Part shown: in pieces, positions 48,947 to 58,775 of the stretch
Layout of the letters: every line of letters begins with the position of its first letter
How positions within the stretch are numbered: position 1 is the stretch's first letter
Assembly: GCA_012514745.1 (NCBI GenBank)
Contig: JAAYZR010000009.1
Location: 10,045 to 74,044, forward strand
Reading direction: 5' to 3'
DNA: 64,000 nucleotides
Source: Candidatus Undivivens industriae
GTDB taxonomy: Bacteria > Omnitrophota > Gorgyraeia > Gygaellales > Profunditerraquicolaceae
Position numbers and translations under genes: made by a program
The notes under the pieces: model-generated
Told to the model about the DNA's origin: nothing
The model's input: only the letters and a program-made list of their open reading frames with translations
The model's database searches: none

Positions 48947-50524
48947 ATGTCTCATTACGCGGATATCAGGAAAATCCTGCTGGTGCGGCCTCCCCGTTAT
49001 TTATGGCCGTTTATAAACGAATCGGATAATTTTCTTCTGCCGCTCGGGCTCCCCTGTATAGCCGCTTCCGTGCGCAGGGCCTTTCCGGAGATAACGGTCA
49101 AGATAATCGACTGTCCTCCCTTAAAAATGGGCTGGAAGAGCTTGCGTGATATAATCGAGCTCGAAAGGCCGGATATGATAGGGGCCGGGGAGGAGGCTCT
49201 TTATCATCATGAGGCGGCCCGTCTTTTTTCTCTCGCCAAGGATATAGATCCGCGCATAGTTACCGTGGCAGGCGGGCATTTCTTCTCCTGGATGTATGAA
49301 CACAGCCTTAAGTCATTCCCTCTGGATTTTATCGTGCGTTTCGAAGGTGAAGAGACGATCGTGGAGCTTATCGCCGCCCTGCGCAGAGGGACGGATCTTT
49401 CCGGGGTTAAAGGGATCGCCTATCTCAAGAACGGCAGGGCTGTGCGCACGGCCCTGCGCGAAATGGTTTCCGACCTGGACAGCCTGCCGTTGCCGGCTTA
49501 TGACCTTATGCCGATGGGCAGATATTCCCGTTTCGGCTACATCTGGCCGCAGAGCGCCACACTGGAGCATTCCCGTGGCTGCGTGGACCGCTGCAATTTT
49601 TGTTCCTTATGGACGTTCTGGGGTACGCAAAAACGCAATGATATCGAGAAAGGCGAGCTTGAAGTTTCTCCGCGCTACCGGACCAAGAGCGTTCAGCGAA
49701 CGCTGGAAGAAGTCGATATCGTCTATAAAAAATACGGCCGGCGTTATATTCTTTGGGCTGATCCTACCTTCAATGTTCAGCCCGAGTGGACAAACGAGTT
49801 TTGCGAAGGCCTTCTGAAAAGGAATTACAAAGACCTTTACTGGTGGGCTTTTATCCGGGCCGATTTCACTTTGCGAGACGAGAAACTCGGCATACTCGCG
49901 AAGATGGTCCGGGCCGGGATGGTGCATCCGCTGATCGGGGTGGAGCGGTGCTGTTCTGAAGATCTGCGGCTCCTCAAAAAAACCGCCTATACTCGTGATA
50001 TGATCAAGGAGGTTTTTGCGATATTCAAGAATAAATACCCGCACGTTTTCCGACAGGGGACGTTTGTTACCTGCCTGCCGTTCGACACCAAGGAGTCCAT
50101 GCTTGATCTCGTTAAATACGCGGTTGAGATCGATATAGATTATCCCGCTTTTCATCCGGTCGCTCCGGTGCCCGGGACGTTCCTGTACCAGGAGGTCAAA
50201 GCGCAGGGCCGTCTCCTGGAACCCGATTTCAGCAAATACGATTGGGCAACTCCATTGATGCCTTCCGAGACCGGATTGTCCAGGGCGGAGCTTTCAGATC
50301 TGAATATGGAATTGAACAAGCGTTATGTGCTTTACAGGCCGCACTGGTTAATACGCGGGCTTTTTTCACGGCATAAACATAAGAGGGGTCTTTACCGCTG
50401 GTTTCTCAAGAATACCTTGAAGATGTTTTTTTTGTCTCTTTGGGATGCCCTGCGCGGCAAAAGAAGCGTTGAAGGGTTCACCGGTTTTATGCGCTTGAAG
50501 CGCCCCGGATGGTACGAAAGCTGA
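48947..50524 (+). CDS. B12-binding-domain radical SAM protein
   Basis: PLGL..A, AGGH, EGE, SRGCVDRCNFC. Confidence 0.9.
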   Translation: MSHYADIRKILLVRPPRYLWPFINESDNFLLPLGLPCIAASVRRAFPEITVKIIDCPPLKMGWKSLRDIIELERPDMIGAGEEALYHHEAARLFSLAKDIDPRIVTVAGGHFFSWMYEHSLKSFPLDFIVRFEGEETIVELIAALRRGTDLSGVKGIAYLKNGRAVRTALREMVSDLDSLPLPAYDLMPMGRYSRFGYIWPQSATLEHSRGCVDRCNFCSLWTFWGTQKRNDIEKGELEVSPRYRTKSVQRTLEEVDIVYKKYGRRYILWADPTFNVQPEWTNEFCEGLLKRNYKDLYWWAFIRADFTLRDEKLGILAKMVRAGMVHPLIGVERCCSEDLRLLKKTAYTRDMIKEVFAIFKNKYPHVFRQGTFVTCLPFDTKESMLDLVKYAVEIDIDYPAFHPVAPVPGTFLYQEVKAQGRLLEPDFSKYDWATPLMPSETGLSRAELSDLNMELNKRYVLYRPHWLIRGLFSRHKHKRGLYRWFLKNTLKMFFLSLWDALRGKRSVEGFTGFMRLKRPGWYES

Positions 50525-50569
50525 GTTTTTTTATCCTTTCGAACGGCTGCGGTCCGGGCAGGATATTGC

Positions 50570-52222
50570 ATGAAAGATAGACAATGTTCCACTCGGGGGC
50601 TTATGAATAAACGTGTCGCGATATCATTTCTGGTTTTCGCACTGTTGACAGGAGCCGCTGTCCGTCTTAACGGATTGGCGGAGAGAGCGTTGTGGTTTGA
50701 TGAAGCTCTTGTGGTCCTGGAGGCCGGCAAACCGCTGTCCAGGGTGCTTGGTCAGCGCGCGGAAGGTATCCATCCGCCACTTTTTCGCTTTATGGCACAC
50801 TGGTTGATGAAAAGCGCCTCCGGGGAGCTGGTGGAAGATCACACATCTTGCCTTCCCGAAGGGAAAAGCGCCCCTGCGTTAATGGCGACCGACCTGCGGG
50901 AAAGTCCGCGTGAGATCGTTCTGCGCCTGCTTTCGGTGTTTTTCAGTCTCATTTCCATTCTTTTGTTTTTTTTGCTCGGCAAGGCGCTTTTTGGCGCCGG
51001 CACGGCCGCGCTGGCGGCGGGAATAATGAGCATTTCCGCTTTCCAGGTTTATTACGCGCAGGAAATAAAGATGTATGCCTTGCTGCAATTCTTAAGTTTG
51101 TTGTCCTGTTTATTTTTCATAAAAGCTCTGAAGAGCGATAAAAGATTATACTGGGGAGTATACGCGGTCACCAGCGCTCTGGCGCTTTACACCCACTATT
51201 TCGCCTCGATGTTGCTGGCCGCGCAGGCGGTTTTTGTCCTGCTCTATTTATTGCGCCGCGGCGCCCTACGGAAGTTGAAATACTGGGCCGGTTCTTTATT
51301 CCTGGTGCTCTTATTGTTTTTACCGTGGAGCATTAACGCCCTGAAACACATCCGCCGGGTGAGCGACAATTTTTGGTTGCCGTCTTTGACCATCGCGGAT
51401 TTTATCGGGGTTTTCAGGAATTTCTTTTTCGGTTATCACACGGGTTTTTCGTGGTTTTTCTCCGGATGGATAGTTGTCCCGGCTGTTTCACTGTTTGGAG
51501 CTGTGTCTATATTCAGGGAGGCTCGCGAGAGTGGGAAGGAGAGTCTCTGGGAACCCAGGGATTCTGCCGTTTTCATATTTTCTCTTCTGCTGGTCCCGAT
51601 AGCGGCAGCGGTGCTTCTTTCCTTTGTGTTCCGCCCTGTATTCTTCGACCGGCCGTTCATTTTTCTCTCCGGCCTATGTTATCTGCTTTTTGCCGCCGGG
51701 ATACATGTGATCTGGCGCAGGCGGAGGGCCGCGGCAGTATGCCTGGCGGCTCTATTCCTGCTGGTCTCTCTGTTTTCTCTGCGCGCCTATTACCGTAATG
51801 AATATTTCAAGCCTTCTCCCGGCGTGGTGATGCAGAAGCCGATGAGGGAGCTCGGCGGATACATAACGCGCAATTACCATGCCGGGGACATCGTGCTATT
51901 GTTTCATCATAGCATCGTATATCCGCTCGCCTGTTATTTGCCGCAGGGGGTTCGCTCCAGGATGTTCTTGCTGGATTTACCTATAGAAAGCAAATATGAC
52001 CGGAGTACCCTTTTCGGTATGCAGAGAACCTTCAGAGTAAGAACGTTGCATTGGCGCGACCTGCCGTCCGAAGGCGGGTTGTGGCTCGTTTGCGGCGGCT
52101 GGAACAGGGAGATAATCCGGCCTCCGGCCGGGATGGCGGAATTTCTTTCCCGGCAGAGGCTCGTAAAGGAAAACCGCGCGTTCGAAGGAGTAGAGATCTA
52201 TTATTACGAACTGCGGAGATGA
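50570..52222 (+). CDS. GT-C/PMT-like (GT39) membrane glycosyltransferase
   Basis: LWFDE, HPPLF, YAQE.KMY, YTHY; multiple TM helices. Confidence 0.8.
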   Translation: MKDRQCSTRGLMNKRVAISFLVFALLTGAAVRLNGLAERALWFDEALVVLEAGKPLSRVLGQRAEGIHPPLFRFMAHWLMKSASGELVEDHTSCLPEGKSAPALMATDLRESPREIVLRLLSVFFSLISILLFFLLGKALFGAGTAALAAGIMSISAFQVYYAQEIKMYALLQFLSLLSCLFFIKALKSDKRLYWGVYAVTSALALYTHYFASMLLAAQAVFVLLYLLRRGALRKLKYWAGSLFLVLLLFLPWSINALKHIRRVSDNFWLPSLTIADFIGVFRNFFFGYHTGFSWFFSGWIVVPAVSLFGAVSIFREARESGKESLWEPRDSAVFIFSLLLVPIAAAVLLSFVFRPVFFDRPFIFLSGLCYLLFAAGIHVIWRRRRAAAVCLAALFLLVSLFSLRAYYRNEYFKPSPGVVMQKPMRELGGYITRNYHAGDIVLLFHHSIVYPLACYLPQGVRSRMFLLDLPIESKYDRSTLFGMQRTFRVRTLHWRDLPSEGGLWLVCGGWNREIIRPPAGMAEFLSRQRLVKENRAFEGVEIYYYELRR

Positions 52223-52241
52223 TACTATACGCGGGGAAAAT

Positions 52242-53708
52242 ATGAGAGTATTGTTGATCAATCCTGATTCCAGCGTGGTATCTAAAAGCTGGGCTTATCG
52301 CAAGTTTTGCGCGCCGATAGCCCCTTTGGGGCTGGCCTATCTCTCGGCCGTGCTGGAAAAAGACGGTTTTGAGGTCGCCGTGTATGACCAGTTCGCGCTG
52401 AAAACCGGGGATGACGCCCTTTTGCGGAAGATAGCTTCATTTAAGCCCGAGGTGATAGGCGCCGCGGCTTTAACTACAGTTGTCCCCGACATTAAGAGGA
52501 TGATATCCCGTATCCGCGCAGAAAATGCGGACGTTACGATAATTCTGGGCCATATTCACGCCACGTGTTTTCCTTCGGACATGCTGGGAGACGGTATGGC
52601 GGATATCGTAGTGAGGGGAGAAGGGGAGGATACCCTGCTGGAGGTCTGCCGTAACATCCGTTGCGGCAAATCCTGGAGAGAAACGCCCGGCATAAGCTAC
52701 AATGACGACGGCGCGGTTGTCGACAACCCGGACAGGCCTCTGCGCGGCGACCTCGATTCTCTGCCGCTGCCGGCCTGGCATTTGTTCGACGCCGACCTTT
52801 ATAAGGAGGCGCCTCTGGTAGCGATTAACAGGTCCCGCGCGTTCCCGATTATCGCTTCCCGGGGATGCAAATATCGCTGTTATTATTGTTCCCAGGATAA
52901 GGTATATCCGCGCATGCGTTTCCGTGACCTTGAAAAAGTGGCCGACGAAATGGAGTATTTTGCCGATACCTTGCGGGTCGGATATTTCGGTTTCAGCGAC
53001 GCTTATTTCCCCTGGAACGAAGATAGCGGCCTGCGTTTCTGCCGGATAATCACCCGGCGCGGTCTGCATAAAAAGGTCCGTTGGTGCACGGAGACCAGAG
53101 TGGATAAAGTGACTCCGCGCCTGCTGCGCGCGATGAAGGAAGCCGGGGCGCACCTTATCATGTACGGGATAGAGGTGGGAAGCCGGGAGGTGCTCGAGCG
53201 GTTGAATAAGCACACCACCCTTGAACAGGCCCGGTTCGCGGTGAGGGAGACCGCGAAAGCGGGTATCTTTTCGCAGGGGTTATTTATCCTCGGCCTGCCA
53301 GGGGAAACGCCGGCTACATGCAGGCAGACGATAGATTTCGCCAAAGAGTTGAATTGCGACATAGTAAAGTTCAATCTTGCGGTGCCTTATCCGGGGTCCC
53401 GTTTCTTCGAGGAACACGGAAAAAACCTGATAAGAGAATCCCCGGAGAAGTTTACCAGCTGGGCTGATTGGACGCATCTGGGCGGAGGACTGGTTTATGC
53501 CCCGCAAGGTATGAGCGGCGACACCTTGCGCCATTTCCAGCGCAAGGGTATGATGGAATACTACGCCCGTCCGGGAGTCATAATAAAAAACCTCGCCCGC
53601 GGGACAATAACCCTGCGCAATCTTATTCTCGGCGGGGCCTGGCTGTTGTTCATTTTTCTCTTCGGCAGTTTGAAAAAAACAAAAAGAATATTTCTAAAAC
53701 GATCATGA
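52242..53708 (+). CDS. B12-binding-domain radical SAM protein
   Basis: PLGLAY, GEGE, SRGCKYRCYYC, GLPGET, PYPGS. Confidence 0.9.
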   Translation: MRVLLINPDSSVVSKSWAYRKFCAPIAPLGLAYLSAVLEKDGFEVAVYDQFALKTGDDALLRKIASFKPEVIGAAALTTVVPDIKRMISRIRAENADVTIILGHIHATCFPSDMLGDGMADIVVRGEGEDTLLEVCRNIRCGKSWRETPGISYNDDGAVVDNPDRPLRGDLDSLPLPAWHLFDADLYKEAPLVAINRSRAFPIIASRGCKYRCYYCSQDKVYPRMRFRDLEKVADEMEYFADTLRVGYFGFSDAYFPWNEDSGLRFCRIITRRGLHKKVRWCTETRVDKVTPRLLRAMKEAGAHLIMYGIEVGSREVLERLNKHTTLEQARFAVRETAKAGIFSQGLFILGLPGETPATCRQTIDFAKELNCDIVKFNLAVPYPGSRFFEEHGKNLIRESPEKFTSWADWTHLGGGLVYAPQGMSGDTLRHFQRKGMMEYYARPGVIIKNLARGTITLRNLILGGAWLLFIFLFGSLKKTKRIFLKRS

Positions 53709-54228
53709 AATTGATAGTCCCGACGAACTGGCAGGACGATATTCTGCGAGAGCTCCCCTTACAGGAGATAAGCGGGTTTTACGGACAGCTTGACCGGGAT
53801 TTTACCGGGGGCGGCAGGCCTTCCTGCATTTTACCCGTTGTCGGTCGCGCGAAAGCCGCCGCGCATATCGCTTCGATCCGCGCCAAAGGGCTGTCTTTCA
53901 ACTATCTGTTGAATTCGGCTTGTATGGGCAACACCGAATCGACCACACCGTCGGCAACGGACGTCAACCGCGATTTCGGCCTGATAAAATCCATACGCGC
54001 CGCCGTGTCTTGCGAACTGAGGCTGTCCGCGCAAAGCCTGACGGCTTCATTGAAAGGCTTCACGAAGGCGGTTGCAACGGCGAGTCCTGCGGTGAATGCC
54101 GGTTCTGCGCCGAAAAAGCGCGCGAGGCGGTAAAATACGAAGATAATGAGCGACTGCGCGTGTTAAGGAGCCTTGAGATGGTTTTGAAGAACATAACCGG
54201 AGAGGGAGCCAAAAGGAGAGCGCATTGA
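53705..54228 (+). pseudogene. U32-family protein with two internal deletions and a frameshift
   Basis: MKLIVPTNW..GGGR..NYLLNSAC | NRDF..CELRL | CGECRFC segments align to the 62870 paralog with large blocks missing. Confidence 0.75.
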
Positions 54229-55670
54229 GGATAGCGCTTATTTATCCGAGGATCAGGGGATACGATCGGGAATCCTTCGGCACGAACGGTTACATCGCCA
54301 ATATGAGCGGTTATCCTCCTTTGAGCCTGGCCTATGCGGCTTCGATTATACGCCGGGCCGGGCACGACGTTTTGATCATAGACGCCAACATAATGTCTCT
54401 TTCTGGGAAAGAGATAGTTTCGCGCTTAAAGAAGTTTTCTCCCGATTTGCTGGGTTTCACCCTCACGACCCCAACTTTTCATGGGGTGCGTGCGTGGATC
54501 AGGCGTATACGCGTGGAGGTGAATGTCCCTGTGCTGGCAGGAGGCGCCCTTCTTGGCCTTTTTCCGCGCGAGGTGATGGGGTATCAGGAATTCGATTATG
54601 GTATCGTTGGCACGGCGCGTGATTCCTTACCGGCGCTGCTGGGGGCGCTGAAAAAAGGGCGCGCTCCGAAGATGATCCCCGGAGTCTGCTTGCGCGATGG
54701 AGGTAAGGTGCTGGTGAATTTTCCCGTCTCAGGGGAAGAAGGGGTGGAAGATCTTTTATTTCCGGCGCGCGATCTGCTGCCGTATGAACGTTATTTCTCT
54801 CCTTTTAGCGGTGGCGGCGGCTTTACCGCGATGCTGGCTTCCTGCGGATGTCCCTTTTCCTGTTCTTACTGCTGTCTCGCGGGGAATTTGCGTTTCCGCA
54901 AATTGGACGGCGTCACCGCGGAAATGGAAGAATGTTTCAAGCGATACGATATCAGGAACATCGATTTTTATGACTCGGTTTTTACTTGCGACAGAGAACG
55001 GGTGTTGCGTTTGTGCGGCGCGATACGCAGGCTGAATCTGCCTTTTTCCTGGACCGCGAGGACGCGTCTTGATCTGGTGGACGAAGAGATACTCGGCGCG
55101 ATGTCCGCGTCCGGATGCAGGATGCTGATGTATGGCATCGAGACTTTTCACGCGAGTTCCTTGCGTCGGGTGAACCGCCCTGTTTTGTCCGTCGCGCAGA
55201 TCCGGGAGAGTATCCGCCTCACGCGAAAGAAAGGTATCGCCGCTTTCGGATTTTTTATGCTGGGAATTCCGGGAGAGACAGAAGAAATTATGAAGCGCAC
55301 CATAAATTTATCGAAGTGCGTAGGGCTTGATTTCGCGCAATTCACGAAATTGACTCCCATTGGCGGGACCGCGCTCTACGATCTGCAGATAAAGGCTACC
55401 GGGGATGATTATTGGCGGGATTATATCGGCAGGGGAAATAGAGATGATGATATAGCATCCGTAGGCTGCACTATTCCTCAGGTTACCCTTTTGAAAGCAG
55501 TGCACCGGGCTAATATCGGTTTCTATTTTCGTCTGCCGCAGATCATGCGGATACTTTTCGAGGCGCGTTCCTTCCGCCGGCTGTTACGCTATGCGAGATC
55601 GGCCTTGAATATGGCGTTTTCCCGTTTGAAAGAGGGGAAAAAGGCTGGGGCTCCGGAGAATATGGTATAA
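54225..55670 (+). CDS. B12-binding-domain radical SAM protein
   Basis: PPLSLAY, GCPFSCSYC, YGIET, GIPGET. Confidence 0.88.
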   Translation: MRIALIYPRIRGYDRESFGTNGYIANMSGYPPLSLAYAASIIRRAGHDVLIIDANIMSLSGKEIVSRLKKFSPDLLGFTLTTPTFHGVRAWIRRIRVEVNVPVLAGGALLGLFPREVMGYQEFDYGIVGTARDSLPALLGALKKGRAPKMIPGVCLRDGGKVLVNFPVSGEEGVEDLLFPARDLLPYERYFSPFSGGGGFTAMLASCGCPFSCSYCCLAGNLRFRKLDGVTAEMEECFKRYDIRNIDFYDSVFTCDRERVLRLCGAIRRLNLPFSWTARTRLDLVDEEILGAMSASGCRMLMYGIETFHASSLRRVNRPVLSVAQIRESIRLTRKKGIAAFGFFMLGIPGETEEIMKRTINLSKCVGLDFAQFTKLTPIGGTALYDLQIKATGDDYWRDYIGRGNRDDDIASVGCTIPQVTLLKAVHRANIGFYFRLPQIMRILFEARSFRRLLRYARSALNMAFSRLKEGKKAGAPENMV

Positions 55671-55697
55671 TATCGCGGTACAGGAGGTGCGGTTTAC

Positions 55698-57428
55698 ATG
55701 CGCGCAGAGAAACAAAAATCGTTTAAATACCTAAAACCTCATTTGCCTTTTATATTGTTGGCACTACTTTTTACGACCTTCAGGGTAGTTCAATTGTATT
55801 GTTGCAGACACGTCGCTCATCCCGAAGAAGCCGTACTGGGGTTGTTCATAAAACACGTTATCGAGGGCGATAGTCCGGTTACGCTTTCGAACTATTTCCT
55901 TTCGTATTCCGGGGGTTCTCTTATTTCCTGCCTGCTTTCGCTGCCGTTGTGCAAAATGTTCGGCGTTTCGATATTGTCGTTGCGCTGGTGTTCCTTTTTG
56001 CATAGCGCCGCCATTCTGCTATTGCTTTATTGCTTCGTTAGAAGGTTTTGGGGCGGGACCGCGGCCATTTTTGCCGCTCTTTTTTACGTCTTGTCACCGC
56101 CGTCTTATTCTCATTACACTTCGCTTTTTCTGAGCGGCGAATATCTGGTGATTTTTCTTGATATAGGGTTGATGTATATTCTTCTTGCCATGTTTGTTCC
56201 TCAGGGAGGATGCGGAGAAAGAAAAAGAATGTTTCTTACCGCGGCCCTGGGGTTCGGTTCCGGCCTGGCGGTATATTTTCTGTTTTCCTCCGTTTTGTTT
56301 GCGGTACTCGCTTTCGGCACCTGGCTTATGCTGCGCGGCAGATCTCTGCGCAGAGGAGAATTGCTGTTATACGGCACATTCCTGCTGCTTGGGCTGCTGC
56401 CGTATTTCTATTTTTCATTCCTGTATCCGGAGCAGAGCCGTCTATTCCTGGGTTCGCTCCTGGAGGCGCCCGCGGGGTTGGCGCAAAAAATAAGATGGTT
56501 TTTCCCTTTTCTTGTTTCCGAATTCACGCGCTCTTTCCATTTTGAATTCTTCGGCTATTACCCGGGACGGGCTTGCTGGAATTACATCTACGTTTTGATC
56601 TTCTGCGGCGCGTGGCTGCATTTGATATGGGTGAACCGTTCGTTTTTCCGGAGTATGACTACCGTCCTTTTTCTAAAAGGAAAGGAGAAGCTCGGCGCGC
56701 CTTCCGATGTCAGACCGGAGTCGCCTCTGTTGTTGCTGCCGGTATTATTCATTGTCGCTTGTTTTTTTAGCGCTTATTGCCGGCCGCCGTTCTTTCATTA
56801 CAGGTATTTCTTTCCTCTATACCCGATGTTCCAGATTTTTTGCGCGGTTTCGTTATCGTCGTTGTTTTCAGGAAAAGGCAGAGCGGTTAAGGCCTGCGCG
56901 CTGGCGGTAGTGTCGTTTATTGTCTTGATATCCTGGCGCGGGGTGACCGGTATAGCGGGTAAACAGGATTTCTGGGAGTCCTATCCATTGCCGGAGACGA
57001 TATCGCGCTTGAAGGAAAAGGGGATTGAATATGTTTACACGGAGTATTTTCTGAAATGGCAGATATTGTTTGAAAGTGGGGAAGAAATCATCGCTTCCTG
57101 TGAAGGGATGCCGTTCTTCTATTTTTCTGATTTTGAGGGTGTAAGCGACTCGCGTGTCTATGGTAGCCCGTACCGCTTAGGCGAGAAAGTTGTGGATAAT
57201 GCGGTGCGGCAGGGCGTTTCTTACGCCTATCTTTTTCGCCTGGATCCCCGCCTTCCGTATTACGGGATGCTGAGAAATTATTTGTCCGCTGCAGGAGTGG
57301 GATACCAGATGGAGACGTTTGGAAATGAACTGGTATTGTTTTACGGTTTCGGGCGTCCGGTTACGCCCGCGCAAGCCGGGCTTGAGTCCGGTATGAAGAA
57401 ATATCTGCGTACAAATGGCGAACGGTAA
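55698..57428 (+). CDS. Polytopic membrane protein, GT-C-like glycosyltransferase
   Basis: EEAV after TM1, many TM helices, RY motif, soluble C-tail. Confidence 0.6.
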   Translation: MRAEKQKSFKYLKPHLPFILLALLFTTFRVVQLYCCRHVAHPEEAVLGLFIKHVIEGDSPVTLSNYFLSYSGGSLISCLLSLPLCKMFGVSILSLRWCSFLHSAAILLLLYCFVRRFWGGTAAIFAALFYVLSPPSYSHYTSLFLSGEYLVIFLDIGLMYILLAMFVPQGGCGERKRMFLTAALGFGSGLAVYFLFSSVLFAVLAFGTWLMLRGRSLRRGELLLYGTFLLLGLLPYFYFSFLYPEQSRLFLGSLLEAPAGLAQKIRWFFPFLVSEFTRSFHFEFFGYYPGRACWNYIYVLIFCGAWLHLIWVNRSFFRSMTTVLFLKGKEKLGAPSDVRPESPLLLLPVLFIVACFFSAYCRPPFFHYRYFFPLYPMFQIFCAVSLSSLFSGKGRAVKACALAVVSFIVLISWRGVTGIAGKQDFWESYPLPETISRLKEKGIEYVYTEYFLKWQILFESGEEIIASCEGMPFFYFSDFEGVSDSRVYGSPYRLGEKVVDNAVRQGVSYAYLFRLDPRLPYYGMLRNYLSAAGVGYQMETFGNELVLFYGFGRPVTPAQAGLESGMKKYLRTNGER

Positions 57429-58764
57429 AATGGTGCTGCTGCTAAACGCTCCGTGCGATAACCGTTTTTTTGTCTCCAGGCAGGCGCCCCTGGGGTTATT
57501 GTATATAGCTTCTTATCTTCGTAAGCACGGGGTGGCGGTATCTCTTTTAGACCTGAACGTTATGCCGTTTTGGCGCGGCAGGCTTAATTATCTGGTAAAG
57601 AGATTCAGACCAGCCATAATAGGCGTATCGGTCAACTATTCCAGCCGTAAGGAGGCCGTTGAGATTTGTGGGATTATCAAGGCCGCCGATCCGGGGATAA
57701 CGATAGTGCTGGGCGGCCCTCAGCCTACGATTTCTCCCGGAGAATTTTCCGCCAGCAGAGCGGATTATATAATACCTTACGAAGGGGAAAGAGCGATGCT
57801 GGAATTTGCGCGGGCGGGATCGGACAGGTCGGCGCTTAAGAATGTGTTTTCTTGCAGGGACGCCGGGCTGGCGGATTTAGTGCGGAAGTCTGACAGGTAT
57901 TCCGTCGAAGATCTAAATAACCTGCCTTTTCCGGCGTATGACCTTATCGACATCCGGCCTTATTACATAAACAGTTACAAGAGGAAGCCGATCGTTTCCG
58001 TGCTTACCTCTCGGGGATGCCCGAACAACTGTATTTTTTGCAGCCAGGCCGTTTCCGGGCGTTCCTGGAGGGCGCGTTCCGCCGGTAACGTAGCCGACGA
58101 GTTCGAATGGCTCACAGGGGAGATAGGCGCCGCTGAGATATCGATAGAGGATGACAACTTCACCGCCGATATCGGCAGGGTTTACGAGTTCTGCGGACTG
58201 TTGAGAAAACGGGGGATCAGCGTTCCCTGGCAGCTGGCCAACGGCGTGCGCGCCGACCGTTTAACCAGGGATCTCCTTTGCGAACTCAAGGGATCCGGCT
58301 GCTGGAAGATAGCCATCGCGCCCGAGGTCGGCGACGATGAGAGCATGAAAAGAATACGCAAGGGGATGAACATGGAGCATTTTCGGAAAGCAGCGAGATG
58401 GTGCCGGGAGACCGGCATGGTTTATTACGCTTATTTTCTGATGGGATTCCCTTTTCAGGGGGAAAAAGAACTGCGGGCGATAATAGACTTTGCCGAAGAG
58501 CTGGATCCCCTGCTGATGGATCTGTCCAAGATCGTCCCTTTTCCCGGTACGGAGATATATGATCCGCTTGCTTCAGGCGCCGGAACTGACATCTCCTATT
58601 ACTATAGAGGACGGGATCCGCTTGTAGAGCGTTATTACCGAAAAGCGTATCTTGATTTCTATCTGCGTCCGGGAAAACTGCGCAGGATAATCTCGGCCAT
58701 AGGGTTAAGACAGTTTTATTCGTTGTTACGTTACGCCTGCCGGGTGCTCCTGGCTGGACGTTGA
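57415..58764 (+). CDS. B12-binding-domain radical SAM protein
   Basis: PLGLLY, GGPQPT, SRGCPNNCIFC, EDDNF. Confidence 0.9.
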   Translation: MANGKMVLLLNAPCDNRFFVSRQAPLGLLYIASYLRKHGVAVSLLDLNVMPFWRGRLNYLVKRFRPAIIGVSVNYSSRKEAVEICGIIKAADPGITIVLGGPQPTISPGEFSASRADYIIPYEGERAMLEFARAGSDRSALKNVFSCRDAGLADLVRKSDRYSVEDLNNLPFPAYDLIDIRPYYINSYKRKPIVSVLTSRGCPNNCIFCSQAVSGRSWRARSAGNVADEFEWLTGEIGAAEISIEDDNFTADIGRVYEFCGLLRKRGISVPWQLANGVRADRLTRDLLCELKGSGCWKIAIAPEVGDDESMKRIRKGMNMEHFRKAARWCRETGMVYYAYFLMGFPFQGEKELRAIIDFAEELDPLLMDLSKIVPFPGTEIYDPLASGAGTDISYYYRGRDPLVERYYRKAYLDFYLRPGKLRRIISAIGLRQFYSLLRYACRVLLAGR

Positions 58765-58775
58765 CGGTACCGTAA

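Noticed and set aside
53468-53704. N-terminal extension of the 53468 ORF
   Set aside because: Overlaps the upstream radical SAM gene; homology to the U32 paralog starts at ATG 53705.
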